Assembly: GCA_016839605.1 (NCBI GenBank)
Contig: JAEOTX010000159.1
Span: forward strand, 1-25,934
Origin: Candidatus Thorarchaeota archaeon
GTDB taxonomy: Archaea; Asgardarchaeota; Thorarchaeia; Thorarchaeales; Thorarchaeaceae
DNA: 25,934 bases
Reading direction: 5' to 3'
The notes under the pieces are model-generated. The model ran no database searches and was not told the origin of the DNA. It worked only from the letters and a program-made list of their open reading frames with translations. This document shows positions 1 to 9,270 of this stretch, in pieces. Made by a program: the position numbers and the translations under genes. Position 1 is the stretch's first letter; every line of letters begins with the position of its first letter.

Positions 1-540
1 AATCTTCATCCACGTGTCAGCATTCTCAACCCAGGTCTTGGTGTCGGAGGGTATTGCCTACCGAAAGATGGTTGGATTCTAGTTGAGTCAGCCCGTCAGT
101 TGGATGGTAATGGCGTTCTGATTCCTGCAGCTCGGCAGGTCAATGATTCCATGCCAGCACATGTGTCCAAAAGAATTCGAGATATTGTCTTGGACCTCTC
201 ACTGAAATCAACAGTTGGAATTCTCGGAGTCAGCTTCAAGCCGAACGTTTCAGACACGAGAAACAGTCCTTCACTGGAACTCATCAAACTCCTATGGCTG
301 TCTGGTATTGAAGTAGTCGTCTATGACCCTCTTGTTGATCAGAAGTTTGGTGATAGAAAAGCTGACTCCTTGGATGAGATTCTCCGGTCCTGTGAGATAG
401 TAGTCCTAGGTGCAGCACACGAAGTCCTTCTGGAGGAGCTACAAGAGAAGGATTTGAGCAACATCGTATTTGTTGATCCGCCAGGTGCAGCCTCAAACCT
501 CAAGGACCACGTCAGGAAGTATGTTGGTCTAAGTATCTAG
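1..540 (+). CDS. Nucleotide-sugar dehydrogenase (UDP-ManNAc/UDP-GlcNAc dehydrogenase, WecC/WbpA family), C-terminal part, truncated at the window start
   Basis: Frame 1 is open from base 1 and reads NLHPRVSILNPGLGVGGYCLPKD, the catalytic-Cys motif GGxCxxKD. It is followed by VNDSMP and GVSFKPNVSDTRNSP of the UDP-binding domain. Stop is TAG at 538-540. Confidence 0.9.
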   Translation, partial: NLHPRVSILNPGLGVGGYCLPKDGWILVESARQLDGNGVLIPAARQVNDSMPAHVSKRIRDIVLDLSLKSTVGILGVSFKPNVSDTRNSPSLELIKLLWLSGIEVVVYDPLVDQKFGDRKADSLDEILRSCEIVVLGAAHEVLLEELQEKDLSNIVFVDPPGAASNLKDHVRKYVGLSI

Positions 541-599
541 TCCAGACGCTAAACCAAAGCGTTTAATCAGAAGGCATGGCCAAAAAGAGATGATTTGAG

Positions 600-1367
600 A
601 TGAAGAAACTGCTTGTCACTCTCACGGTAGCGGAGAGTAAGAGGGTTATTGCAAGGGGATTGCTGAAGACTGAGGCAGTCCAAGACGCATGGAAGAATGG
701 ATACCTTTGTGTGACTATGGGAACAACGTCTGCATACCTGGTGGAAGAGATTCTCGGTGAATACGACAAGACTCGGCATATTGCAGGAATAACTGTAGCA
801 AAGGGTCTGGCAATTACTGATGGTGAGAAGCGATTCCCCGATGCCATCTTTCACAAGGGCAAACACCTTGAGCGAAAGAAGGTAATCGATGTTCTAGATC
901 AAATGGGTCCTGGTGATGTGATCATCAAGAGTGCAAATGCCCTTGGCTCGGACTATGTACCAATTGTTCTGCTAGCAAGCAGAACTGCTGGCACAGTCGG
1001 CACTTTCATGGGTTCAGCAATGGCTAGAAACATAACTGTGATCACGCCAGTTGGTCTTGAGAAGTGTATTCCAGCAAGCTATGATGAGTTCTGTTCGGAG
1101 TTCGGAATGGATGACTGGGATTACGCGATTGGCACTCCGGTAGGAGCAATATCAATCCCTGGTGCAATCACGTTCACGGAGATCGAAGCGCTTGGAACAC
1201 TTTTTGACGTGTCTGTGATGCCTATTGCCGCAGGAGGAGTAAATGGTGGCGAAGGGTCCATATCGCTCTATATATCAGGCGAAGATGAGAATGTCCAAAA
1301 TGCCTACGAGTTTCTCAAGGGAATTAAGGGCGAACCGCCATTTCCACATGTCGCACATGTGAAGTAG
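600..1367 (+). CDS. Conserved hypothetical protein, possibly ISOCOT (NagB/RpiA/CoA-transferase-like) fold
   Basis: 255-aa ORF with TLTVAESKRVIA, MGTTSAY, IIKSANAL, PVGLEKCIP and AAGGVNGGEG motifs. The fold assignment is my inference from the GTT and KxAxA motifs. Confidence 0.7.
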   Translation: MKKLLVTLTVAESKRVIARGLLKTEAVQDAWKNGYLCVTMGTTSAYLVEEILGEYDKTRHIAGITVAKGLAITDGEKRFPDAIFHKGKHLERKKVIDVLDQMGPGDVIIKSANALGSDYVPIVLLASRTAGTVGTFMGSAMARNITVITPVGLEKCIPASYDEFCSEFGMDDWDYAIGTPVGAISIPGAITFTEIEALGTLFDVSVMPIAAGGVNGGEGSISLYISGEDENVQNAYEFLKGIKGEPPFPHVAHVK

Positions 1368-1403
1368 ACAGCATCTATTACTGTAATCTGGAGCACCAAA
1401 GCA

Positions 1404-2168
1404 ATGAACGAAACTGTGATTCGCACAGAGGGACTCACAAAGATATTCGAGCAGGGGAAGAAGAGAGAGGTGGTTGCCCTCAATGAAGTCAACATTGATG
1501 TAAGTCGGGGCGAGGTTGTAGGGCTGCTAGGACCCAATGGAGCGGGGAAGACAACACTGATTCGTGTGCTGATAGGTCTCTTAACACCTACGGCAGGCAG
1601 AGCATACGTGTTGGGCAGGGATGTGACGGAGGAAATTGACTACATTCGAGAGAGAGTTGCACTTCTTCCTCAAGAGGCAGGAATCTATGAGAGACTCACT
1701 GCAAGAGAGAACATTGTCTACTATGGGGGTATGTATGGCATTCCTGAAGAGGAACTCCAGCAACGGGCAGATAGACTACTCGATATAGTTGGACTCCGTG
1801 AGAAAGAGGACTATCAGGTAAAGGGATTCAGTGGAGGAATGAAACGTAAGGTCTTGGTGGCCAGATCGCTGGTCAGCGAACCAGAGATTGTCTTTCTTGA
1901 CGAGCCTACGACAGGAGTGGACACAATAGGAGCACGTGTTGTCAGAAATCTCCTCAAGAAGCTTAGCTCAGAGCAGAACCGGACTATTATTCTTACAACG
2001 CACGACCTCAATGAAGTTGCGGAGCTCTGCGATCGAGTTGGAATACTCAACGAGGGTCATCTTGTGGCTGTCGGAAAGCCAAGTGATATCGAGGAACAGT
2101 TCAAGGCTGCTAACCTAGAAGAGGTCTTTGTTGGTCTGTTCACAGGAGAGGGGGTGTATGAGCAATGA
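1404..2168 (+). CDS. ABC exporter ATP-binding subunit (DrrA/NatA-like)
   Basis: Walker A GPNGAGKT, signature FSGGMKRK, Walker B VFLDEPT and H-loop TTHD. Confidence 0.95.
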   Translation: MNETVIRTEGLTKIFEQGKKREVVALNEVNIDVSRGEVVGLLGPNGAGKTTLIRVLIGLLTPTAGRAYVLGRDVTEEIDYIRERVALLPQEAGIYERLTARENIVYYGGMYGIPEEELQQRADRLLDIVGLREKEDYQVKGFSGGMKRKVLVARSLVSEPEIVFLDEPTTGVDTIGARVVRNLLKKLSSEQNRTIILTTHDLNEVAELCDRVGILNEGHLVAVGKPSDIEEQFKAANLEEVFVGLFTGEGVYEQ

Positions 2169-3376
2169 GCATGCTTTCTAGATTTATGCCAGACAGGAAG
2201 ATGAAGTATCTAGTCAAGAAGGAACTCAAATCCCTTTTCCGATCACGCTGGTTGATCTTCGGACTGATTATCAGCCCAGTCTTTGCTTGGCTGTTCGAGG
2301 GGGCATTCCTTTCTTTTGTTGTTGCACAGACTACCTCAGAACCTTCACGTGTGTTCATCACATTAGAAGACGAGGGAGTCTGGGGTCAAACTCTCTATGA
2401 TGCCATTGAAACTGACATGGATGAGCTGTTGATTAGCGAACTGTTGAGCATCACGAAGCAAGAGGGTGATGAGATGGTCGCAAATAGGACTCTATCGGTT
2501 TGGGTCCGTATACCTGCGAATTTCACGCAAGAGTTAGAGTATAACAATGTCAGTACGATGGTGATATGGGTCAACACAGGCAACTTCAGAGCCACTGCTG
2601 CTGGCAATAGAGTGGCTGGGTTTGCACGAGAAGTGATCGATGAAATTATTGTAATTCGTGACCTTCGAGTAAGCTGGCGTACGATATCCCCTGAAGCCAC
2701 CTATGGACACTCACTTGCAGTCTTTCTTGTCATGATAGTCTCGGTGATGGCACCATCTCCCTACATTGGTCAGTCGTTCGCAGGTGAGAGAGAGAAACAT
2801 ACGCTAGAGGCACTCCTAGTTGTGCCGATGAGCAGAGTTCGCATTCTTGTAGCCAAGCTCATTGCAGGTCTAGCCTTGACCATGGTCTATTCTGCATTCA
2901 CTGTTGTAGGGATACTGCTTTACAATTGGTCCATCATAGCTCGTGCCGTAGGTCTCCCACTGGCAGCCATGGACTACTATATCAACCTGTACACAGTGAA
3001 TATTGCTGCGATTCCGCTCATATTCTTCTGTCAGCTACTGATCCTTCTATGTGCTATCAGCATTGGAATTGTAATCTCTAGTGCGGCAAAGGACCAGGCA
3101 ACTGCTGAATCATTAAACAACCTTGTTCTCCTAGTGCCTACGATGGTAATTGGGATTCTTGGATTTACAGGGAGCATTCTTCAGTATGGCGGATTATTTG
3201 GTATATTCGTGCTCGCTATACCATTCAGCCATGCCGTCCTTTTCCTCAATGGGGTCCTGTCAGGGGCTGCAACCGCCGCAAGTCTGATGGTAAACGTTGC
3301 ATACATGCTTGGATTCGCTATCGTATTCCTCATAATCGGTGCTAAGCTCTTTGAGAGAGAAGCTATCATCGTTTAG
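2165..3376 (+). CDS. ABC-2 type exporter permease (NatB/YhgE-like)
   Basis: ATGA overlap with the ATPase gene. One N-terminal TM helix, an extracytoplasmic domain, the GEREKHTLEALL motif, then about 5 TM helices. Confidence 0.9.
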   Translation: MSMLSRFMPDRKMKYLVKKELKSLFRSRWLIFGLIISPVFAWLFEGAFLSFVVAQTTSEPSRVFITLEDEGVWGQTLYDAIETDMDELLISELLSITKQEGDEMVANRTLSVWVRIPANFTQELEYNNVSTMVIWVNTGNFRATAAGNRVAGFAREVIDEIIVIRDLRVSWRTISPEATYGHSLAVFLVMIVSVMAPSPYIGQSFAGEREKHTLEALLVVPMSRVRILVAKLIAGLALTMVYSAFTVVGILLYNWSIIARAVGLPLAAMDYYINLYTVNIAAIPLIFFCQLLILLCAISIGIVISSAAKDQATAESLNNLVLLVPTMVIGILGFTGSILQYGGLFGIFVLAIPFSHAVLFLNGVLSGAATAASLMVNVAYMLGFAIVFLIIGAKLFEREAIIV

Positions 3377-3384
3377 GCTGTTGT

Positions 3385-4779
3385 TCACTCAATTGGCCAT
3401 TTGGGCTGGATATCAATCCCAGCCCTCTCAAGGAGCTTTCCACTATGCTTTAGGGCTCGTTCCATAACAGAAGTTTCATCCAGAGAGAGTAATTTCTTGC
3501 TCCTCATCAGGGGCTTGCCATTCACAATCACTGTGTCCACAGCATGTCCACTTCCAGAATATACTAGGTTCGACACCGGATTAGTGACAGGAGTGAACCC
3601 GAGGTCTTTCATGTCAATGAGAATAATATCTGCAAGCTTTCCGCTCTCTAGGGAGCCAACGGAATCTGATAGTCCCATTGCTTTTGCACCGCCAAGCGTT
3701 GCCATCTCGAGAGCCTGTTCAGCTGTCACTACAAGAGGGTCGTCAACCTTTGCCTTGTGAATGAGAGCTGCAAGACGGGTTTCACGAATCATATCATACG
3801 TGTTGTTACTAGGTCCACCATCGCAACCGAGAGACACTGGTACTTCCATTTTGAGCATCTCAGGCACCCTAGCAAAGCCGGATGCTAACTTCATGTTGCT
3901 TGCTGGGCAGTGAGAAATGTTGGACTGTGAATCTGCAAGTCTTTGGAGGTCTTCATCGTCAAAGTGTATTCCATGTGCAAATACCATATCCGATCCCAAG
4001 AGGTCGTTCTCTTTTGCAAACTCTGTAAGGGTCATATCGAAGTTATCTCTCACATAGCGTACATCATCAATCACTTCACCCAGATGCATGGTCATCCTGG
4101 TCTCCTTTTCTCTTGCAAGCTGGGCCACATCCTGGAACAACTCGGGAGTCACAGCACCAAGAGACCTCAGTCCATACCACACCTGAAGTCGGCCATCTGC
4201 TTTCCCATGCCATTTTGAGTACATTCTGGCGGTCTCATCAAGACAAGCATCCTTGTCCTCGACCATTCCAGGATACATAATGTCCGCACTGTCAGCATAA
4301 CCTGTTGAGTCCATGATTATCTTCGAGAGTGCTCCTCTCATTCCAACCTTCTCAACAGCCTGAGCGATCCCATCAAAGCCGTACCTAGTGTGAATCATAC
4401 ATTCCAAAAAAGAAGTTGTTCCGGTCCGAATCATCTCAGCCATACATAACTCCGCTGATACTCTGCCATCTTCCTCTGTGAAGTTGCCTTGGAGCACCCA
4501 GACATATTTCTTCAGCCAGTCCACGAGTGAAACATCATCTGCACACCCACGAATGAGGGCCTGAGCGAGATGAACATGAGTATCAATCATCCCAGGCATG
4601 ACGATCATGTTCTTGGCGGCTATTACTAGTTCGGCCTTCTCTTTGGCAAGTTCATTAGATTTGCCAACTCTTGTAATCTTCTGGCCTTCAACTAAAACTG
4701 AGCCATCTCTTATGATACGTCGTTTTGGGTCCATTGTAAGGATGTAGCCATTCTCTATCAGAATCGAGTCTACTGACAA
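3385..4779 (-). CDS. Metal-dependent amidohydrolase/deaminase (MtaD/SsnA/Atz-Trz family)
   Basis: PGMIDTHVH (HxH), GTTS, MHLGE (HxxE), AHGIH, HCPASNMKL, LGCDG and GSLESGKLADI motifs. TTG start preceded by GGAGG. Confidence 0.92.
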   Translation of the reverse strand: MSVDSILIENGYILTMDPKRRIIRDGSVLVEGQKITRVGKSNELAKEKAELVIAAKNMIVMPGMIDTHVHLAQALIRGCADDVSLVDWLKKYVWVLQGNFTEEDGRVSAELCMAEMIRTGTTSFLECMIHTRYGFDGIAQAVEKVGMRGALSKIIMDSTGYADSADIMYPGMVEDKDACLDETARMYSKWHGKADGRLQVWYGLRSLGAVTPELFQDVAQLAREKETRMTMHLGEVIDDVRYVRDNFDMTLTEFAKENDLLGSDMVFAHGIHFDDEDLQRLADSQSNISHCPASNMKLASGFARVPEMLKMEVPVSLGCDGGPSNNTYDMIRETRLAALIHKAKVDDPLVVTAEQALEMATLGGAKAMGLSDSVGSLESGKLADIILIDMKDLGFTPVTNPVSNLVYSGSGHAVDTVIVNGKPLMRSKKLLSLDETSVMERALKHSGKLLERAGIDIQPKWPIE

Positions 4780-4842
4780 GTGACCGCCTCCGACTCTATT
4801 CAGTTAGCGCGTATGACATAATGATTGTGGTCAGCACTGAGG

Positions 4843-6618
4843 CTACTCAGCAAGTCGAAACTCAACAGATACTACCAGTCCCTTTTCAGGCTGACCTTTC
4901 ACGCGGTCCTGGACCTTCAGCTTGGCTCCATACTTTTCTGCTAGTCGACGTACTAGATGAAGACCTACGCCACCATATCTTCGACCTGCATCAAACAATG
5001 CTCGCTTCTTAGAAATATTCAGACCAGGCCCGTTGTCTGCAACACTCAGTTTGAACGACTCATGGCTAATCTTTCCATTTATCCAAATCTGAGGTGTTTC
5101 CCCTTTGTTATGTCTAACACCATTTTCAATCAGATTCCAGAGAAGCTGCGAGAGGGCGCCATCTGCAAATACCTTTACCTTCCTCGGGATTCCTGTGAGG
5201 TCAGGAGTAATGCTGTACTGGCTCACAAGCAGTTCAATCTCTCCTTCCAACACCTTAACCAAGTCTGTCGCAATTACGGGATCAGTCTTTGTTTCCTCGG
5301 CCGTTCTCACCTTACTAATCAAGGTCAGACATCTATGAGCGCCATCAAGTACATATTGTTTCGCTCGCACAATCTCATCAGGATTAGATTCCCTAGCCAG
5401 AAAATCGCCTCCAGCCAGAATTAGCTGCATCTGGTTGCCTACGTCATGCATAAGCAGGTCTAGTAGGAATCTCGATTCATTCTCTGCGGACTTCAGAGCA
5501 GAAACATCAGTGAATATTGCAAAGCTCCCCATGTACTTGCCTTCGGGATCACGGATTGGACCAGCTGAGGCCATGGTTTGAATCAGGTCTCCATATTTTG
5601 ACACGAGCGTTGTTTCGTAGTGTTCTACTTCCCCCTGTTTTCTGGCGTCAGCCCGCATCTTGTACTTCTCTGCTGTGACATCATGATGTATCGTTCGCCC
5701 ATGTTTTCCAATTAGCTCGTTCTCCTCATAACCGAGCATCTCGTTGAGAGCAGCATTTGTGTATACGATTATACCGTCCTCATCATCCATTCCCATTCCT
5801 GCAGTCATGGTTTCGACTAGTCGACGATAATTATGCTCAGACTCCTCGAGTCGGCGTCTATCGGCCTTTTGCTCAGTGATATCCATAGCCTGTGTGATAG
5901 ACTTTGTAGCGCCATTCTTCCCTGTCATTGTAGTGACATGGATACGTACATCTCTGGCTGCGCCATCTCCTCTTCTGATTTTGAACTCGTATGCAGGGGG
6001 TACTTTCTCTCCAAGCTGTCTCTTCCTATATCGATCAGCAACCAGCTCTAGACTATCAGGATGAATTAAACTCCGGAAATCAAAGCCAATCAAATCTGAG
6101 CGTTTCATACCAACTAAATCACACAACTTGTCATTCACATATTCCAAACGATACTTGTCGTCAATAATGCCAATGGCGATGAAAGTTGAGTACTCCACGA
6201 TGTACTCTAGAAGGTCCTTTCTTTGTTCAACCTTCTCTTCAAATGCAGTACGTCTAGACAGATCAACAAGGTACGCAACAAAACCGATTACCTTTCCCTG
6301 AGACTCTATCTTATCACTGTACACCTGAGTCGGGACTTGGACATTATCCTTACGGAGGACACGAAGACTCAGTGATGTAGGATTCTCTCCAGCCTCAAGT
6401 TGGATTAGACCTCGATGTACAAGCTCGATTTGCTCCTCAACAACAAGCTTGTCGATGTTTATCTTGTCATAGATATCCTTCATCTCTATCTTTAGGAGTT
6501 CACGTGCTTTGGGATTAGCATATCTTAGATTCAGGTCAGTATCAAATTCCAACACTGGGATTAGCATTTCATCTGCTACTTCTCTGAAGCGTTTCCTCAC
6601 TTTATCCATCTTTTTCAC
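4843..6618 (-). CDS. Cytoplasmic multi-PAS sensor histidine kinase
   Basis: Three PAS/PAC repeats (YANPKA, YVNDKL...DIT, YTNAAL...TDVS). H-box LLMHDVGNQM, N-box NLIENGVRH, G1 DNGPG and G2 GGVGL. No TM segment. The start may be ATG 6609. Confidence 0.9.
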   Translation of the reverse strand: MKKMDKVRKRFREVADEMLIPVLEFDTDLNLRYANPKARELLKIEMKDIYDKINIDKLVVEEQIELVHRGLIQLEAGENPTSLSLRVLRKDNVQVPTQVYSDKIESQGKVIGFVAYLVDLSRRTAFEEKVEQRKDLLEYIVEYSTFIAIGIIDDKYRLEYVNDKLCDLVGMKRSDLIGFDFRSLIHPDSLELVADRYRKRQLGEKVPPAYEFKIRRGDGAARDVRIHVTTMTGKNGATKSITQAMDITEQKADRRRLEESEHNYRRLVETMTAGMGMDDEDGIIVYTNAALNEMLGYEENELIGKHGRTIHHDVTAEKYKMRADARKQGEVEHYETTLVSKYGDLIQTMASAGPIRDPEGKYMGSFAIFTDVSALKSAENESRFLLDLLMHDVGNQMQLILAGGDFLARESNPDEIVRAKQYVLDGAHRCLTLISKVRTAEETKTDPVIATDLVKVLEGEIELLVSQYSITPDLTGIPRKVKVFADGALSQLLWNLIENGVRHNKGETPQIWINGKISHESFKLSVADNGPGLNISKKRALFDAGRRYGGVGLHLVRRLAEKYGAKLKVQDRVKGQPEKGLVVSVEFRLAE

Positions 6619-6788
6619 AGTTCCGAATCAGGGGTAAATTTGGCATTGCATCTAATTCACACGACGTCCGGGGATGACACAAGAAGTCAAAGCTCCTTAC
6701 GCCTGCACAGGGTAGGTTCCAGTATTTCAATTTGCTATACTTGAGGATTGCTTGGACAGATAAAACAGTCTTCCAGAATGGCAACAAC

Positions 6789-6794
6789 TTAAAG
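6789..6794 (+). promoter_or_regulatory. Putative archaeal TATA box for the fdx-WOR1-DUF362 operon
   Basis: TTAAAG preceded by A-rich CAACAAC, about 40-60 nt upstream of the candidate starts at 6833 and 6851. Confidence 0.35.
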
Positions 6795-6850
6795 GGTGCA
6801 CTGCCTCGGGAAGGAGGGTCACACGAGAGAGAATGGAGAGGTCAGACGAT

Positions 6851-7342
6851 ATGAAGAACTTACTCGCGATTGATGTCAGCAAATGTACAGGTTGCAGGAA
6901 CTGCGAATTAGGTTGTTCGGCAGTTCAGACAAGGACTTTCAATCCTGCAAGATCGCGGATCAAGATACTGAAGAATGAGATAGAAACCACTATTGTACCT
7001 ATGGTCTGCTTGCAGTGCGAGGTGCCATTGTGTGTCGACGCATGTCCCACAGGTGCAATAGTAAGGAATGAGCACGATACACTCTATGTACACGATGATG
7101 ATTGCATAGGATGTGGGAACTGTGTGACTGCCTGTATCTACGGTGGTATAGAGATCGAACCAATGACTAGGAAAGCCATCAAATGCGACCTCTGCGGAGG
7201 AGACCCAGCATGTGTTAGGGCGTGTGACTATGGAGCCATAGAATATGTTGGCGCGAAGGCTCGTGATTTAACAAAAAGAGCCAATGGAATCAGTGCCTTA
7301 TCTCCTTTCTATAGATATGAAGAGCAGGAGGCTGAACCATGA
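6851..7342 (+). CDS. DmsB/HycB-type 4x[4Fe-4S] electron-transfer subunit of WOR1
   Basis: CTGCRNCELGC, CLQCEVPLCVDACP, CIGCGNCVTACI and KCDLCGGDPACVRAC motifs. Start 6851 follows GGAGAGG (the ORF is open from 6833). ATGA overlap with WOR1. Confidence 0.92.
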   Translation: MKNLLAIDVSKCTGCRNCELGCSAVQTRTFNPARSRIKILKNEIETTIVPMVCLQCEVPLCVDACPTGAIVRNEHDTLYVHDDDCIGCGNCVTACIYGGIEIEPMTRKAIKCDLCGGDPACVRACDYGAIEYVGAKARDLTKRANGISALSPFYRYEEQEAEP

Positions 7343-9270
7343 CATTTCCATACAAAGGATATGCTGGGTATTATGCTGAGGTTGACCTAACCAAAGGCAA
7401 AGTACACAAACGTGAGATGGAGAAGGAATGGGCGAGGCTGTATTTGGGCGGCACCGGGGTAGCAGCGAGAATACTATGGGAAGAAACAGGTCCAGACACA
7501 GATCCACTATCACCTGAGAATGTATTGATTCTCGGGACCGGGCCTCTCACAGGAGTCATGTTCTCACCTTCCGGCAGGATGATGTTTGCAGCGAAAGGAC
7601 CCTTGACCGGCGTATGGGCAGAGAGTCATGTAGGCGGCTTCTTCGGACCTGAAGTGAAATACGCAGGATTTGACTTTGTGATCTTGAAGGGTAGGTCTCC
7701 AAAGCCAGTCTATCTCTTTCTTCGTGATGGAAAAGCGGAGCTGCTTGATGCAAGTCATCTGTGGGGTAAAGAAACCGATGTGACCACTGACATGATTCGG
7801 GAGGAACATAAGGACCCCGAAATTGAAACTGGTATTATAGGGCCCGCTGGAGAGAATGGTGTACTCTATTCATGCATCACTGTTGACCGGTATAGAGCTG
7901 CTGGAAGGGCAGGTCTCGGTACAGTAATGGGATCAAAGAACGTGAAAGCAATTGCTGCGAGTGGATCATTGGGTCTTGAGGCCCACAACATGGACAAATA
8001 TCTTGAGGCCAATGACGTTGAAATGCAGAAACTCTCCGATCCAATCTGGACGGACTCTCTGACATCGCTCAGGAAATACGGTACAACAGACCTTGTGGCC
8101 ATTATCAATGAGATTGGCAGATTGCCTACAAAGAACCATTGGACTGGATTCTACGAGGATGCTGATGACATAGGCCCAGAAATCATTGCAGAAAAGTACC
8201 GCACTGGACAGGAAGCATGTCATGGATGTGAGGTGGGCTGCAAGTATGTCTATCGAGTGAAAGATGGAAAGTTTGCCCATGGGCCTGCAGGAGGGCCAGA
8301 ATATGAAACGATTATGGCCTTCGGCTCAAACTGCCTCAATAATGATATCGAATCTGTCTTTCACATGGGCACACGCTGTGACCTTCTCGGAATGGACACA
8401 ATCTCATGTGGAAAGAGCATTGGGTTTGCCATGGAGCTATGGGAGAAGGGAATAATCACCAAGAAAGACACGGATGGACTTGACCTCTCGTGGGGCAATG
8501 TTGAATCAATGGTAGAGCTTGTAGAGAAGATTGCCAAGCGTGATGGATTTGGTGACGTTCTATCAAAGGGCGTGAGGAAGGCTGCTGAGATAATCGGTGG
8601 AGATGCATGGATGTATGCTGTGCATGTCAAGGGGCTCGAAGCCTCCGGTCAGGATCCTAGAGCCCACCAATCAATTGGACTGACATATGCTACAAATGCT
8701 AGAGGCGCGGACCATTTGAGGAGCCTTTCAAGCCTGGAAGAACTAGGCTATCCAGAGATTGTCAAGGCTCGCTTTGATGATGAAAAGACAGATGCTATAC
8801 TTGACATAATGTCACCTAAGCATAAAGGCGAGGTCGTTTGGGACATTGAGGACCTCTATGCATTGGTGGACAGTGCTGTGATATGTAAGTACGGCACTAT
8901 GTGGCCTCCAGTATACTACTTTGACACATTCAGCAATGTGATATCACCGCTCACTGGAATGGACGAGTGGGCACAGCCTAAGTTCGTCAAACAGGCTGCT
9001 GAACGCATCAATCACTTGAGAAGAGCATACAATCACAGACTAGGAATAACAAGAAAGGAGGAAAACCTCCCAAGAAGGCTCTTGAAGGAGCCTATGCCTA
9101 CCGGACCTTCGAAAGGTGGACTTCCTGATCTCGATGAAATGCTCGACGAGTACTATGACTACAGGGGTTGTGACCGAGAAACCGGCTTCCCAAAGAAGGA
9201 GAAGCTAGAAGAGCTTGGACTTGATTTTGTAGCGAAAGACCTTGGCAAACGAAAGATGCTGGCCAAGTGA
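7339..9270 (+). CDS. Tungsten-dependent aldehyde:ferredoxin oxidoreductase family protein (WOR1)
   Basis: DPLSPEN, GPLTG, IGPAGEN, GRAGLGTVMGSKN, the Fe-S motif CHGCEVGC, GPEYET, GMDTIS, DPR, RGADH and a distal Cys (ICKYG). GGAGG RBS upstream. Confidence 0.95.
   Translation: MTFPYKGYAGYYAEVDLTKGKVHKREMEKEWARLYLGGTGVAARILWEETGPDTDPLSPENVLILGTGPLTGVMFSPSGRMMFAAKGPLTGVWAESHVGGFFGPEVKYAGFDFVILKGRSPKPVYLFLRDGKAELLDASHLWGKETDVTTDMIREEHKDPEIETGIIGPAGENGVLYSCITVDRYRAAGRAGLGTVMGSKNVKAIAASGSLGLEAHNMDKYLEANDVEMQKLSDPIWTDSLTSLRKYGTTDLVAIINEIGRLPTKNHWTGFYEDADDIGPEIIAEKYRTGQEACHGCEVGCKYVYRVKDGKFAHGPAGGPEYETIMAFGSNCLNNDIESVFHMGTRCDLLGMDTISCGKSIGFAMELWEKGIITKKDTDGLDLSWGNVESMVELVEKIAKRDGFGDVLSKGVRKAAEIIGGDAWMYAVHVKGLEASGQDPRAHQSIGLTYATNARGADHLRSLSSLEELGYPEIVKARFDDEKTDAILDIMSPKHKGEVVWDIEDLYALVDSAVICKYGTMWPPVYYFDTFSNVISPLTGMDEWAQPKFVKQAAERINHLRRAYNHRLGITRKEENLPRRLLKEPMPTGPSKGGLPDLDEMLDEYYDYRGCDRETGFPKKEKLEELGLDFVAKDLGKRKMLAK

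Noticed and set aside
576-599. ATG-GCC-AAA-AAG-AGA-TGA in frame with the ORF at 600, a possible Sec-containing N-terminal extension
   Set aside because: There is no redox-motif context or visible SECIS element, and the protein looks complete from 600.
6619-6850. Possible Moco/Wco riboswitch or ncRNA upstream of the WOR1 operon, and the 61-aa ORF 6602..6787
   Set aside because: I could not recognise a conserved stem or motif by eye, and the small ORF has no recognisable features. An Rfam search would be needed to exclude an RNA.
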